Shown: piece after piece, positions 1-8,366 of the stretch
Layout of the letters: each line of letters opens with the position of its first letter
Position numbering within the stretch: position 1 is the first letter of the stretch
IMG/VR virus record: IMGVR_UViG_3300012663_000645
Span: 1 to 29,444 of that record
Reading direction: 5' to 3' (one strand)
DNA length: 29,444 nucleotides
DNA from: a virus
Lineage: Duplodnaviria > Caudoviricetes
Notes under the pieces: generated by a model
Seen by the model: the letters and a program-made list of their open reading frames with translations, nothing else
The model's database searches: none
What the model was told of the DNA's origin: nothing
Program-made: the position numbers and the translations under genes

Positions 1-1714
1 TTTTCTTGGAGACTTTATCAGCCTTACCAATCTTTTCTGAACGGCAGTAGTAAAGTGTTTTCAATCCTTTTTTCCATGCCATAAAGTGAATGGCATGAAT
101 ATACTTAATGTGTGCATCTGGTCGGAAGAACAAATTTAATGATTGTGCTTGGTCAATGTATTGTTGACGGTCACTAGCAAGTTCAATTACCCAGCGCTGG
201 TCAATTTCCATAGATGTTTTGAATACTGCACGTTCATTATCATCCAACCATTCCAAATGTTGGACTGAACCATCATTTGCCATGATACTACTCCACACCT
301 CATCTGCCCATCCTTCTGGATGAATCTCTGCATGTTTCTGTATAATCTTATCTAACCAACGATTTTTATTTAAATGTGATCCCGATAAAGTGTCCTGACG
401 GTAAGCATTAGCACGATAAGGCTCGACACTAGGGCTAGTATTTCCCAAGATGATAGACGAAGAAGCATTTGGAGCAATAGCCATAAGATGACTAAAACGC
501 TGGCCGGTGCCGACAGCATCAGGAGCTTCGCCCCGTTCTTTACCCAAAACTTGGTTTGCCTCATCTAGTCCCTCTCTTATAGATTTGAAGATTTTGTTAT
601 TTGTAACTTTGGCCATAACACCTTCAAAAGCAATACCATTACGCTGAAGGTAAGCGTGAAACCCGAGAGCACCAACACCAATACTTCTCTCACGTGCAGC
701 AGAGTATTTTGCTCTTGCGATAACATCAGGAGCATTATCAATGAAATACTGCAAAACATTATCGAGCATTTCTGCCACATCTTTAAGGAAAAGTTTATTG
801 TCTTTCCATTCATCATAAGTCTCCAAATTCAAACTAGACAAACAACATACAGCAGTACGTTCTTCATTTGTAGGTAAAATAATTTCAGAACAAAGATTTG
901 ATTGATGTACTTTTAAACCTAAGTCTTTTAAGTGTTTTGGTAGTTCACGATTGCTTGTGTCGATGTAATGAATGTATGGTTCACCTGTATGCATACGCAA
1001 CTCTAAGATTTGCTGCCATAGATGTTTGGCTGATACAGTCTCTCTTACTTCACCTGTGTGTGGGTCTTTCAATTCCCAATTATCATTTGTTTCGGAATCC
1101 AACATGCATTTTTCAATGATGTTCATAAAGTCATCCGAGATATTAATACCATGGTGCAAGTTCAGGCAACGCACATTGGGGTCACCTGTTGGTTTACGCA
1201 TTTCTAGGAAAGCAATAATGTCAGGATGGCTAATGTCAAGATAAGCGGCATAAGAACCACGGCGAGTACGGCCTTGCCTGTAAGCCAGAGAACTCGCATC
1301 ATAGATTTTGAGGTGCGGCATGACTCCGGTGGACTTATCATCAGCGGACCTAATACCAAACCCAATGCCCACACCCCCACCAAACATGGACAACCAATTC
1401 GTTTCAGATAAGTTATCAACTAGACCCTCCGCTGTGTCTTCAATAAAGTTAAGAAAGCATGAAATGGGTAACCCACGCTTAGAACGACCAAAAGAAAGAA
1501 TTGGAGTACTATAACTGAGCCAATGATTAGAGGCGTAATCGTAAAGGCGCTGAGCGTGTTCAGGATTAGTTCCAAACTGTTTTGAAACAAAGGCGAATCG
1601 GTGCTGAGGTGAAGTTTCTTCTTCTCGCATGTATGATTCTTGTAATCGCTTGATTCCGAGTTCATCAAATAATCCATCTCTTTCTAAATCTATTTTTATA
1701 CCTAGGTATTCCAT
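1..1714 (-). CDS. nrdA: Class I ribonucleotide reductase alpha subunit, short form without ATP-cone; 3' end runs off the window
   Basis: Not in the ORF track. Manual translation from ATG at 1714 (MEYLGIKIDLERD...) is open to base 1 and contains GLPISCF, RQGRTRRGSYAAY, QSNLCSEI (radical Cys), TAVCCLSSLN, AIAPNASSS, IDQAQSLN and GLKTLYYCRS. Confidence 0.97.
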   Translation of the reverse strand, partial: MEYLGIKIDLERDGLFDELGIKRLQESYMREEETSPQHRFAFVSKQFGTNPEHAQRLYDYASNHWLSYSTPILSFGRSKRGLPISCFLNFIEDTAEGLVDNLSETNWLSMFGGGVGIGFGIRSADDKSTGVMPHLKIYDASSLAYRQGRTRRGSYAAYLDISHPDIIAFLEMRKPTGDPNVRCLNLHHGINISDDFMNIIEKCMLDSETNDNWELKDPHTGEVRETVSAKHLWQQILELRMHTGEPYIHYIDTSNRELPKHLKDLGLKVHQSNLCSEIILPTNEERTAVCCLSSLNLETYDEWKDNKLFLKDVAEMLDNVLQYFIDNAPDVIARAKYSAARERSIGVGALGFHAYLQRNGIAFEGVMAKVTNNKIFKSIREGLDEANQVLGKERGEAPDAVGTGQRFSHLMAIAPNASSSIILGNTSPSVEPYRANAYRQDTLSGSHLNKNRWLDKIIQKHAEIHPEGWADEVWSSIMANDGSVQHLEWLDDNERAVFKTSMEIDQRWVIELASDRQQYIDQAQSLNLFFRPDAHIKYIHAIHFMAWKKGLKTLYYCRSEKIGKADKVSKK

Positions 1715-1729
1715 TATTCTGCCTTATTA

Positions 1730-2086
1730 TTATTTTAAAATTGACTTGATATCAGGAGGTGTCCAACCTTCTGGTTTCAACACCTTTCCATCTTCACGTT
1801 TTTCTACTTTGCCACTTGGGCTAATTTTTGCAAGATTGCTACGAGCAACCTCGTCCCATACTGCCTGTTGTGGAATTTCTAATGTGTGTTCTAGTCCTTC
1901 AATCACCCATTTTAAATCCGCACATGCGTCTGCGATTTCTACCATATCTCGATTGGCAAAAGCCATAATTAATTCTTTATATTCCTCCATAACGAGACTC
2001 ATATAAAGATTTGCTTGAGCACCAAAATCATTTGCGTTTTGGTTACAAGCATCCATGAAAGTTCTTACATCAGTGCGACTGTCCAT
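1730..2086 (-). CDS. MazG-like/PRA-PH family nucleoside triphosphate pyrophosphohydrolase (dUTPase-like)
   Basis: EEYKEL...EIADACADL...EVARSNLAK...REDGKVLKPEGW motifs; AAGGAG RBS; lies between thyX and nrdA. Confidence 0.88.
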   Translation of the reverse strand: MDSRTDVRTFMDACNQNANDFGAQANLYMSLVMEEYKELIMAFANRDMVEIADACADLKWVIEGLEHTLEIPQQAVWDEVARSNLAKISPSGKVEKREDGKVLKPEGWTPPDIKSILK

Positions 2087-2726
2087 TGATAAACTCCTTA
2101 ATCATTGGGAAAATAGGTTCGATGGCTGCAGCACAATCAATAGCAATTTGTTGGTGTTCTTTTTGTGTGCCGTTTGCGCTGCGGAGTTGTATGTAGTGAA
2201 CCCAGGAACGAAGTGTTCCGTTCATGTACATGCGTGATTTGGTGATACCTTCTGGTAGCACTGCACGTGCTTGTTCTTTGGCAATACCTTTTTCTAGTGC
2301 AAATTGATATGCATCAGAACATTTCTTAATCACTTCATTCTGATAATTTTCCCACCAAGCGGCGAGTGCATGGTTATCAGTCTCAATAGAATTTTGACGA
2401 TTCTTGGTATCTTGCAATCGTGCTTCACGTGTTACGAAACCTAGTTGTGATGCATCAGCATAACGTTGAGAAAACTCTTGGAAAGAGAATGAACGGTGAC
2501 GGAGAATCTGTCGTGCAATGTCTCGTGTGGTATCAATCTCCAAACAAACGGAGACCATCTCCAACGGAGACCAATGCTGATTCTTAATCAGATATCGAAC
2601 AAGTTTATCGGCCGTTTCGGTGTTGTTTTGGTTCGCTGGATTTGATACACGTGCAGCAAATGCAACCTGTTCCAGTAAATTCATGCCCTCAGGACTTTGC
2701 GAATAATTAATTAATTTTACACTCAT
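2070..2726 (-). CDS. thyX: FAD-dependent thymidylate synthase
   Basis: HWSPLE, RQILRHRSFSFQEFSQRY, EQARAVLP and TQKEH motifs. Start moved to ATG 2726 (or 2729) behind GGAG at 2732-2735. Confidence 0.97.
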   Translation of the reverse strand: MSVKLINYSQSPEGMNLLEQVAFAARVSNPANQNNTETADKLVRYLIKNQHWSPLEMVSVCLEIDTTRDIARQILRHRSFSFQEFSQRYADASQLGFVTREARLQDTKNRQNSIETDNHALAAWWENYQNEVIKKCSDAYQFALEKGIAKEQARAVLPEGITKSRMYMNGTLRSWVHYIQLRSANGTQKEHQQIAIDCAAAIEPIFPMIKEFINGQSH

Positions 2727-2736
2727 CATAACTCCA

Positions 2737-3750
2737 TTATGTTTTCTTCCAGTTAACAAATTCCATCTTTGCTCGTAAATTAACAAAGGTATTTTTACTT
2801 ATGATATCTTGTATTTCGTCCGGTGAGAAACCATTCAAAACCATATCATTCACATCTTTTTCTTCAATCATTTCAGGCCAGATTACCACATTGTAGTGTT
2901 CCTCAATAGCCTTCTCCATCTGCTTATGTAGTTCTTTATTACGTGGTTCGTTGTCATATACCAGAACTAATTTTTCTTTGTCGTAATGTTTTGCGGCAGC
3001 CATCAAGTTTGAATCGGCAGTCGCAATGGCATTCACCAAAAACATGGAGTCAATAGGACCTTCTACGACATAAACCATTTCTTCCTTGTCGATCCGGTCA
3101 GTGCCAAACATCTTGTGGTTTTCACTGTCAGTCTTAACGGTGATATATCTTAGTTTAGATTCACCTAATGCACGACCTTGAAATGCTACCAGATTTTTAT
3201 CTTCATCATAGAATGGTATGACCAATCGTGGGTCATCTTCTTTCAAACCATCCTTCTCTATTTTTAGACTTTCGACAAAGCCTTTAAAGTCTTGTGCAAA
3301 ATAAAGGTCTTCATGGAACGACTCTGGTATTTTGCGTGATTGGACATACACCTTAGCAAAATGTTCTTCTGGTAACGATTGCACCGTTGGTATATCGAAT
3401 TTAGTACGAAACTTCGGGGTTTCAGATTTGAATTCCTCGAAATCTGGTTTAACGTAATTGTTATTTCCATGTTCGCCATTTTTATATCTTTCCAATGCGT
3501 ACTCTTTTACCAGAGTTGCGTCCACTTTTTCTAGGAAATTGTAGAACGATGTGGATGCACCACAGTTGTGGCACATATAAAGGTAATCGTTCTTTTTGCG
3601 GTAAACATAACCACGGGCTTTGGTTTTGTTTTTGCTTGAATCGCCACAGAGAGGACACCTGAAATTATACAGGTCTTCCTTCTTCTGCGTGAATTTTTGA
3701 AGCTTAGGGGATACCCTCAGCAGGAACTGTCTATCAATGAATACACTCAT
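2737..3750 (-). CDS. 61: T4 gp61-like DNA primase
   Basis: Zn finger FRCPLCGDS...YMCHNCG, RLVIPF, FQGRAL, TOPRIM VVEGPIDSMF, YDNEPRN, KDVNDM. Confidence 0.96.
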   Translation of the reverse strand: MSVFIDRQFLLRVSPKLQKFTQKKEDLYNFRCPLCGDSSKNKTKARGYVYRKKNDYLYMCHNCGASTSFYNFLEKVDATLVKEYALERYKNGEHGNNNYVKPDFEEFKSETPKFRTKFDIPTVQSLPEEHFAKVYVQSRKIPESFHEDLYFAQDFKGFVESLKIEKDGLKEDDPRLVIPFYDEDKNLVAFQGRALGESKLRYITVKTDSENHKMFGTDRIDKEEMVYVVEGPIDSMFLVNAIATADSNLMAAAKHYDKEKLVLVYDNEPRNKELHKQMEKAIEEHYNVVIWPEMIEEKDVNDMVLNGFSPDEIQDIISKNTFVNLRAKMEFVNWKKT

Positions 3751-3765
3751 AACGAAAATAACGGT

Positions 3766-4203
3766 TTAGTTTAGTAGTCTCGTTATTGTATCAAATTTTA
3801 CGTGAGAAAGCAACCATACCAAGACAACAATGCCACCTGCAGCTGCCCACTTCCACTCCATGATTTTTTGGAGTTCGGCATCTTCTTTTTTATTGTGTTC
3901 GGTAATATCTTTTTTCAAGGATTTTATTTCATCCATAATTCTGCGTTCGGTAAGTTCCAACTTATCGGATAAGTTCCTATCTACCGTTGTAATTCTGGAA
4001 TGTAATTCTTTAATGTCGGCCACGGTGTCTTGCTTTCTTCTGTCCATGTCATCATAGATTTGGTTGACCATATGGTCGTGGTTATCGACTAATTTCTCGA
4101 TTACTTGATCCATTTTGTTGCACAGTTGAGCAATGCTGGAGACCTGAGTTTTCAGGACTCCAACATCTACCTTCATGTCTACCAAATCGTCTGAGCTTGA
4201 CAT
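3766..4203 (-). CDS. Coiled-coil protein with a single C-terminal transmembrane segment (possibly lysis-associated)
   Basis: Heptad-rich body followed by WKWAAAGGIVVLVWLLS; adjacent to holin and endolysin genes. Confidence 0.6.
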   Translation of the reverse strand: MSSSDDLVDMKVDVGVLKTQVSSIAQLCNKMDQVIEKLVDNHDHMVNQIYDDMDRRKQDTVADIKELHSRITTVDRNLSDKLELTERRIMDEIKSLKKDITEHNKKEDAELQKIMEWKWAAAGGIVVLVWLLSHVKFDTITRLLN

Positions 4204-4206
4204 GAG

Positions 4207-4416
4207 TTACTTCTTTGTAGGTTCGACTTCTAATTTCTTGTGAACTTTCATTGTTTTACAAATCTGTTTCACTTTACCTTTGGCATCTTTAACTTCTTTG
4301 CCATTCTTGTCTTTCTGGTCAACACAAACCTTTGTGGTTTCAGCATAGGCTGCATTATTGATTGAAAGGAAGGAAACGGATGCAACTACGCATAGAATCC
4401 AAAATAAATTTTTCAT
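4207..4416 (-). CDS. Small exported Lys-rich protein with two Cys in the mature part
   Basis: Signal peptide MKNLFWILCVVASVSFLSINNAAYA, then KVC...QICK; AAGGA RBS; TATAAATA 84 nt upstream. Confidence 0.7.
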   Translation of the reverse strand: MKNLFWILCVVASVSFLSINNAAYAETTKVCVDQKDKNGKEVKDAKGKVKQICKTMKVHKKLEVEPTKK

Positions 4417-4425
4417 GTTAATTCC

Positions 4426-4854
4426 TTAAATTTCAGGTTGTGGCGCAGGAGCGGGAGCAGGTTTTCCACCAAAGCCAGTTACAACTTGTGAGGTTGGTAT
4501 ATTTATAACAGGCGCTGGCGCAGAAATTGATACTGGTGTTGACGTAGGCACTGGTGGTGCAATAGGTGCACCAGTAACAGGCACGTTAGTTGCTGTTCCT
4601 GCTAACTTCTCTTGTGTGCGACCAAACGCAGCAATACCCAATACAGCACCCATTGCCAAGTGGAACAAACCAGCACCTTGTAGTGTTAGTGGTTGCCATT
4701 GAGTGATAGTTTGGTGTTGTAAAGTTTGTAGAATACTCCATGCCACTGGGAATACACCCATATCAAGTGTACAGATAAGCATGTACATCCAACCCATCGC
4801 TGGACGCCACTTCTTTTGCATCCAGTCTTCGTCTTTTTTAACTTCTTCTGCCAT
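4426..4854 (-). CDS. Holin-like membrane protein (3TM/GTA-type holin family) with Pro-rich tail
   Basis: KWRPAMGWMY...hydrophobic helices...MGAVLGIAAFGRTQEK resembles the WRP..GW / LG....R..EK signature of 3TM holins; two genes downstream of the endolysin. Confidence 0.75.
   Translation of the reverse strand: MAEEVKKDEDWMQKKWRPAMGWMYMLICTLDMGVFPVAWSILQTLQHQTITQWQPLTLQGAGLFHLAMGAVLGIAAFGRTQEKLAGTATNVPVTGAPIAPPVPTSTPVSISAPAPVINIPTSQVVTGFGGKPAPAPAPQPEI
4500..4507 (-). promoter_or_regulatory. T4-type late promoter TATAAATA
   Basis: Perfect gp55 consensus inside the 3' end of the holin gene, upstream of the 4416 start. Confidence 0.7.
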
Positions 4855-4856
4855 TT

Positions 4857-5195
4857 TTATTCCTTCATTGAACCAATTTTTTTCATACCCATTCTGTCTT
4901 CCATGACAGCAATGTGTTGACGGTTTTCCATGATTGCATCACGGTTCTTTTGAATTTCTTTTTCTAAGTCTTGGCGTAGTTTTTCACGAGCCAACTCAGC
5001 GCCACTATTGCTTGCTTGTTTGTTATCTGTCGTTACCACTAAACTTACTTTCTGATTTAGGATTGTAACGTCATGTTGTAAAGAACCTAATGCTTGAATT
5101 AGATAACCAGTGCTACCAATTAATAATGGCAATAGAGCAAATAACAATTTTTCAATAAATGCGCCTTTTGCACTTTCTTTATTTTCTTCGGCCAT
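4857..5195 (-). CDS. Membrane-anchored coiled-coil hypothetical protein
   Basis: Start moved to ATG 5195 (MAEENK...), behind GGAG and 1 nt after the endolysin stop; N-terminal TM LLFALLPLLIGSTGYLI then a coiled coil. Confidence 0.7.
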   Translation of the reverse strand: MAEENKESAKGAFIEKLLFALLPLLIGSTGYLIQALGSLQHDVTILNQKVSLVVTTDNKQASNSGAELAREKLRQDLEKEIQKNRDAIMENRQHIAVMEDRMGMKKIGSMKE

Positions 5196-5196
5196 G

Positions 5197-5820
5197 TTAT
5201 ACTCCAAACACATGCAATGCATGTTCGTAATGTTTAATTCTGTCTTCCAGACCAATAGTACCACCGTTGATGCGTTTTGTCATCGTAACGATATCACCAC
5301 TGTCGGCATATTGATTTAGGTTGTTTGTTTCCCAGAACCAGCAAGCAGACTGTGCAGCACCTTCAAATGTGTGCATATATTCTGATGCTTCTTCTACGGA
5401 GATTTCTAATGAACCTGCAAAGAATGTATAGTTGTCTTTACCGGTCAATTGAATCAATCCACGACCTTTGTATCTGTAACCATCACCAGAATGTTCATCA
5501 CCATTACCCATGCGGCTAGCATAGATGCGGTTAGCAATAGCTTGTTGTTTATTTGGCATCGAGCAATATGCTGCTGCCAATTCATCTGTTGGAAAATACT
5601 TACCAAATAACTTACGTAGTGATGGTGCTTTGTAATTTAAGTTTTCTTCAAGCACCATAAAAGAACCAGACTCGTGAGCGCACTGAGCAATAAATGCTGC
5701 CATGCGTTGTGGAGTATTAATTTCATAATCTGGTAGTAACTGTACTAATACAGCATGCCAGTGGTCAATGTAGGGGTTTTTAGGAAGTAATTGTTTTAGT
5801 TGTTCTTTTGTTAGTTCCAT
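5197..5820 (-). CDS. Glycoside hydrolase family 19 endolysin
   Basis: AAFIAQCAHES, ENLNY, YASRMGNG, DGYRYKGRGLIQLTGKDNY, SACWFW, TKRINGGTIGLEDR. Confidence 0.95.
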   Translation of the reverse strand: MELTKEQLKQLLPKNPYIDHWHAVLVQLLPDYEINTPQRMAAFIAQCAHESGSFMVLEENLNYKAPSLRKLFGKYFPTDELAAAYCSMPNKQQAIANRIYASRMGNGDEHSGDGYRYKGRGLIQLTGKDNYTFFAGSLEISVEEASEYMHTFEGAAQSACWFWETNNLNQYADSGDIVTMTKRINGGTIGLEDRIKHYEHALHVFGV

Positions 5821-5828
5821 AGTGTCCT

Positions 5829-6152
5829 CTAAACAGTAAAGCTACTACCACACCCGCAGGTGTGTTTAGCATTCGGATTTGTTATAACGAATTCTTTTCT
5901 CATTAATTCATTTTTATAATCAATACTAGCGCCTTGTAAGTATTGCATACTCACAGAATCAACTAATACTTTAAATTCACCTAGTGACACTTCAAAATCA
6001 TCTTCGTTTTTAACTTCATCTAATGTAAAACCATAATTAAAACCAGAACATCCACCACCTTGAACATAAGTTCTGAGTGACATGTTAGGATTATTTTCTT
6101 CCGCTAATATGTCTAAAATTTTAGACTTTGCAGCACTTGTTATTGTAATCAT
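5829..6152 (-). CDS. erpA: A-type Fe-S cluster carrier (HesB/IscA family, ErpA-like)
   Basis: GGGCSGFNYGF, VDSVSMQYLQGASIDY, NPNAKHTCGCGSSF; all three Cys intact. The family call is firm; erpA versus iscA is less certain. Confidence 0.88.
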   Translation of the reverse strand: MITITSAAKSKILDILAEENNPNMSLRTYVQGGGCSGFNYGFTLDEVKNEDDFEVSLGEFKVLVDSVSMQYLQGASIDYKNELMRKEFVITNPNAKHTCGCGSSFTV

Positions 6153-6504
6153 TTATAGCGGCCTTTATAGCATCTTCTGCAAGTATTGAACAGTGTATCT
6201 TAACTGGTGGTAGTGCTAGTTCTTCGGCAATTTGTGAGTTTTTGAGTTTAGCAGCATCATTAATATGCATACCCTTAACCCACTCTGTAACCAAGCTCGA
6301 ACTGGCGATTGCTGAACCGCATCCATATGTCTTGAAACAAGCATCTCTAATAACACCATCTTGACCTACCTTTATTTGTAGTCTCATAACATCACCACAA
6401 GCTGGTGCACCAACCATACCTGTACCAACAGTATCATCTATATCAAACTTACCTACATTTCGTGGGTTTTCATAATGGTCAATTACTTTATCCGAATATG
6501 CCAT
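6121..6504 (-). CDS. iscU: Fe-S cluster scaffold IscU
   Basis: MAYSDKVIDHYENPRNVG, GAPACGDVMRLQI, FKTYGCGSAIASSS, LPPVKIHCSILAEDA (HscA-binding LPPVK). Confidence 0.98.
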   Translation of the reverse strand: MAYSDKVIDHYENPRNVGKFDIDDTVGTGMVGAPACGDVMRLQIKVGQDGVIRDACFKTYGCGSAIASSSLVTEWVKGMHINDAAKLKNSQIAEELALPPVKIHCSILAEDAIKAAINDYNNKCCKV

Positions 6505-6788
6505 TATTTTACACTTTCAAAAATGTGTTTCTGAATTTGATACCATTCAATCCATGCATCATTTTTCACAGCACATTCATAGTAAGATGTATAATTAATA
6601 GTAACCGATTTGGCCACATCACTCAACTTTGCTTCGTCATTTAACTTTTCTAAATTAGGACACTTAACCAGTAATTGATTAGGTAACTCAGGGAATTTAG
6701 CAGTAACTGGTACAGTTGTGGAACATCCAGTCAATACAAAGAGTGACAGAATAAAAAACAACAATATGTACAGTCTAGTAATAATCAT
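6504..6788 (-). CDS. o-spanin (Rz1-like outer-membrane lipoprotein)
   Basis: Lipobox VLTG-C, Pro-rich segment, C...YYECAVK...IEW; ATGA overlap with the upstream i-spanin-like gene. Confidence 0.85.
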   Translation of the reverse strand: MIITRLYILLFFILSLFVLTGCSTTVPVTAKFPELPNQLLVKCPNLEKLNDEAKLSDVAKSVTINYTSYYECAVKNDAWIEWYQIQKHIFESVK

Positions 6789-7240
6789 TTTGGTGGCTCC
6801 GCTGCATCATTAATTGCTTTGATGAATTCTTTTGGTAGTTCACATTGACCACCAGGAGCAAACTTTGTATCATACTTAACTATTTCACGGTCAACATACT
6901 TAACAATATCTTCTCCACGAGTTCTCACAACTTGTGTTTTTGTAACTACCTTAGTGACAATCTTAACATTTTCTTTTTTAGATTCTTGTTCAGCTGCAGC
7001 AACTTTTTCTTCCATCTCTTTTACTCTAGCCAACCATGATTCGTTGTCATGTATTGCACCAGACATAAAAGTTCCAATAGCAATAAGAGCTATTGAAATT
7101 AATTGAATTGGATTCTTATAAACATATATGAAAGGAATGAATGATAAGAATCGGATGAAATAGGTCGAAATTAGTCCAATAATACCAGCAAGTAGTACTG
7201 CGTAGAAGAACCAATTAGGAAGAAAGTTTAGAATCCACAT
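6785..7240 (-). CDS. i-spanin (Rz-like inner-membrane protein)
   Basis: N-terminal hydrophobic segments, coiled coil, IVKYVDREIVKYD, C-terminal CELPKEFIKAINDAA; directly precedes the lipoprotein gene. Confidence 0.8.
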   Translation of the reverse strand: MWILNFLPNWFFYAVLLAGIIGLISTYFIRFLSFIPFIYVYKNPIQLISIALIAIGTFMSGAIHDNESWLARVKEMEEKVAAAEQESKKENVKIVTKVVTKTQVVRTRGEDIVKYVDREIVKYDTKFAPGGQCELPKEFIKAINDAAEPPK

Positions 7241-7435
7241 TTAGGCCATCTTTGGTGGATTACGTTTGAACATTGATTTGATTACGACTTTGCGTTTCTT
7301 ACCAGTGTCTACTCCGGGTTCACCAGCTTGGCCACCAGTACCAGAAATCTTACCATCACCTACATTGTTTGTGGCGACACCGACTGCACCAGCGCCCATG
7401 CCATCTTCTTTTACAAACTCTTTAAACGATTTCAT
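7241..7435 (-). CDS. Small Gly/Lys-rich probable internal head protein
   Basis: Start at ATG 7435 (TGATG overlap) gives MKSFKEFVKE, resembling the T4 internal-protein capsid-targeting sequence. Confidence 0.7.
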   Translation of the reverse strand: MKSFKEFVKEDGMGAGAVGVATNNVGDGKISGTGGQAGEPGVDTGKKRKVVIKSMFKRNPPKMA

Positions 7436-7944
7436 CAGCAGTTCCACTTTCTCAGTGCCAACGCTTTGCGTGTTGGTTCACCATTAGGTTTCTTCATAGC
7501 ACCTTCCATGCCGCCCATGCGAGCACAGAATGATTTTCTACGATTTGCTGCTTTGGAACCAGGTTTTAATTTAGATGGTTTTGTTGTGACTGCCATAGAC
7601 AGTTTGGATCCAGGATTTTCTCTACGATATGAAGCAATACCTTTACGGTTCAATCCACCTTTGGGGTCTTTGCCTGCTTTTCTTTGCCATGCGGCAGATT
7701 CTTCAATTAATTCTTCATCAGTCATACAGTCGAGGTCTTCCCAAACTGATTCTGAGTCAATATTAAATTGAGAAGCAAAGTCTTCTATCATTTCTTCAAT
7801 CACATCGAAAAGTTGTTCGAAATCTTCTGATACCTTTTCACAACTTCCTGGTGAATATGGTGCTTTGCCTTTTACAGGTTTGTAACCAGTCCAGCAACGA
7901 CCTTTTTTTTCTTCGGCAACTACAAATTGTTTAAATGATTTCAT
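7435..7944 (-). CDS. Probable internal head protein with a CWxGY module and a DUF6321-like basic domain
   Basis: MKSFKQFVVAEE leader; RCWTGY...GSC; AWQRKAGKDPKGGLN...RRKSFCARM...LRKWNC, recalled from T4-like cyanophages. Confidence 0.75.
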   Translation of the reverse strand: MKSFKQFVVAEEKKGRCWTGYKPVKGKAPYSPGSCEKVSEDFEQLFDVIEEMIEDFASQFNIDSESVWEDLDCMTDEELIEESAAWQRKAGKDPKGGLNRKGIASYRRENPGSKLSMAVTTKPSKLKPGSKAANRRKSFCARMGGMEGAMKKPNGEPTRKALALRKWNC

Positions 7945-8327
7945 ATCTTATCCAATATCTCTGCGACATTTATATCTACTGGTATTTCCGATGATGATAT
8001 AGTTTTACCATTAATACCGTAAATAAAATCAGGCATGATGTTTAGATACAATAAAAAGGTTTTCAGTATATCATAATCTCGTTCATCAATTTTAAAGAAT
8101 AATATTCTAGCAGTGTGTTCTCTACCAAAAACATTATTCAATAGTATAATATGATTAATTATTAAACGTTCTTTTAATGATTTGGTGACCTTATATCTAC
8201 GAAACAACCTTTTAAGGTACTTCGTCCTTTTAATGTCACCCTCAAATTCAGACATAATGCAGTGAGGTGATGTATATGCTTTCGCAGCATACATCATAAA
8301 ATTATCTTCATTCAAATCATCGAACAT
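7941..8327 (-). CDS. Conserved T4-like phage hypothetical protein
   Basis: LNEDNF..YA.K.Y..P.C, KYLKRLF, LKERLIINHII.L.NVFG pattern. Start moved to ATG 8327 because the upstream GTG lies inside a terminator. Confidence 0.8.
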   Translation of the reverse strand: MFDDLNEDNFMMYAAKAYTSPHCIMSEFEGDIKRTKYLKRLFRRYKVTKSLKERLIINHIILLNNVFGREHTARILFFKIDERDYDILKTFLLYLNIMPDFIYGINGKTISSSEIPVDINVAEILDKI

Positions 8328-8330
8328 ATT

Positions 8331-8358
8331 AAAAAACCTTGCGGTTGCCCACAAGGTT
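8331..8358 (-). terminator. Rho-independent terminator
   Basis: Minus strand AACCTTGTGG-GCAA-CCGCAAGGTT-TTTT: 10-bp stem, GNRA loop and U tract, 8 nt after the 8367 stop. Confidence 0.85.
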
Positions 8359-8366
8359 ATATTAGA

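Noticed and set aside
370-1677. Short ORFs on both strands suggesting a fragmented or intron-split region
   Set aside because: All overlap one continuous nrdA frame (1714 to <1) with no stop, intron or intein.
2727-2786. N-terminal extensions in the ORF track for thyX, and likewise starts at 5264, 7447, 8354 and 23945
   Set aside because: They overlap upstream genes or a terminator; downstream ATGs have better RBS or stop-start coupling.
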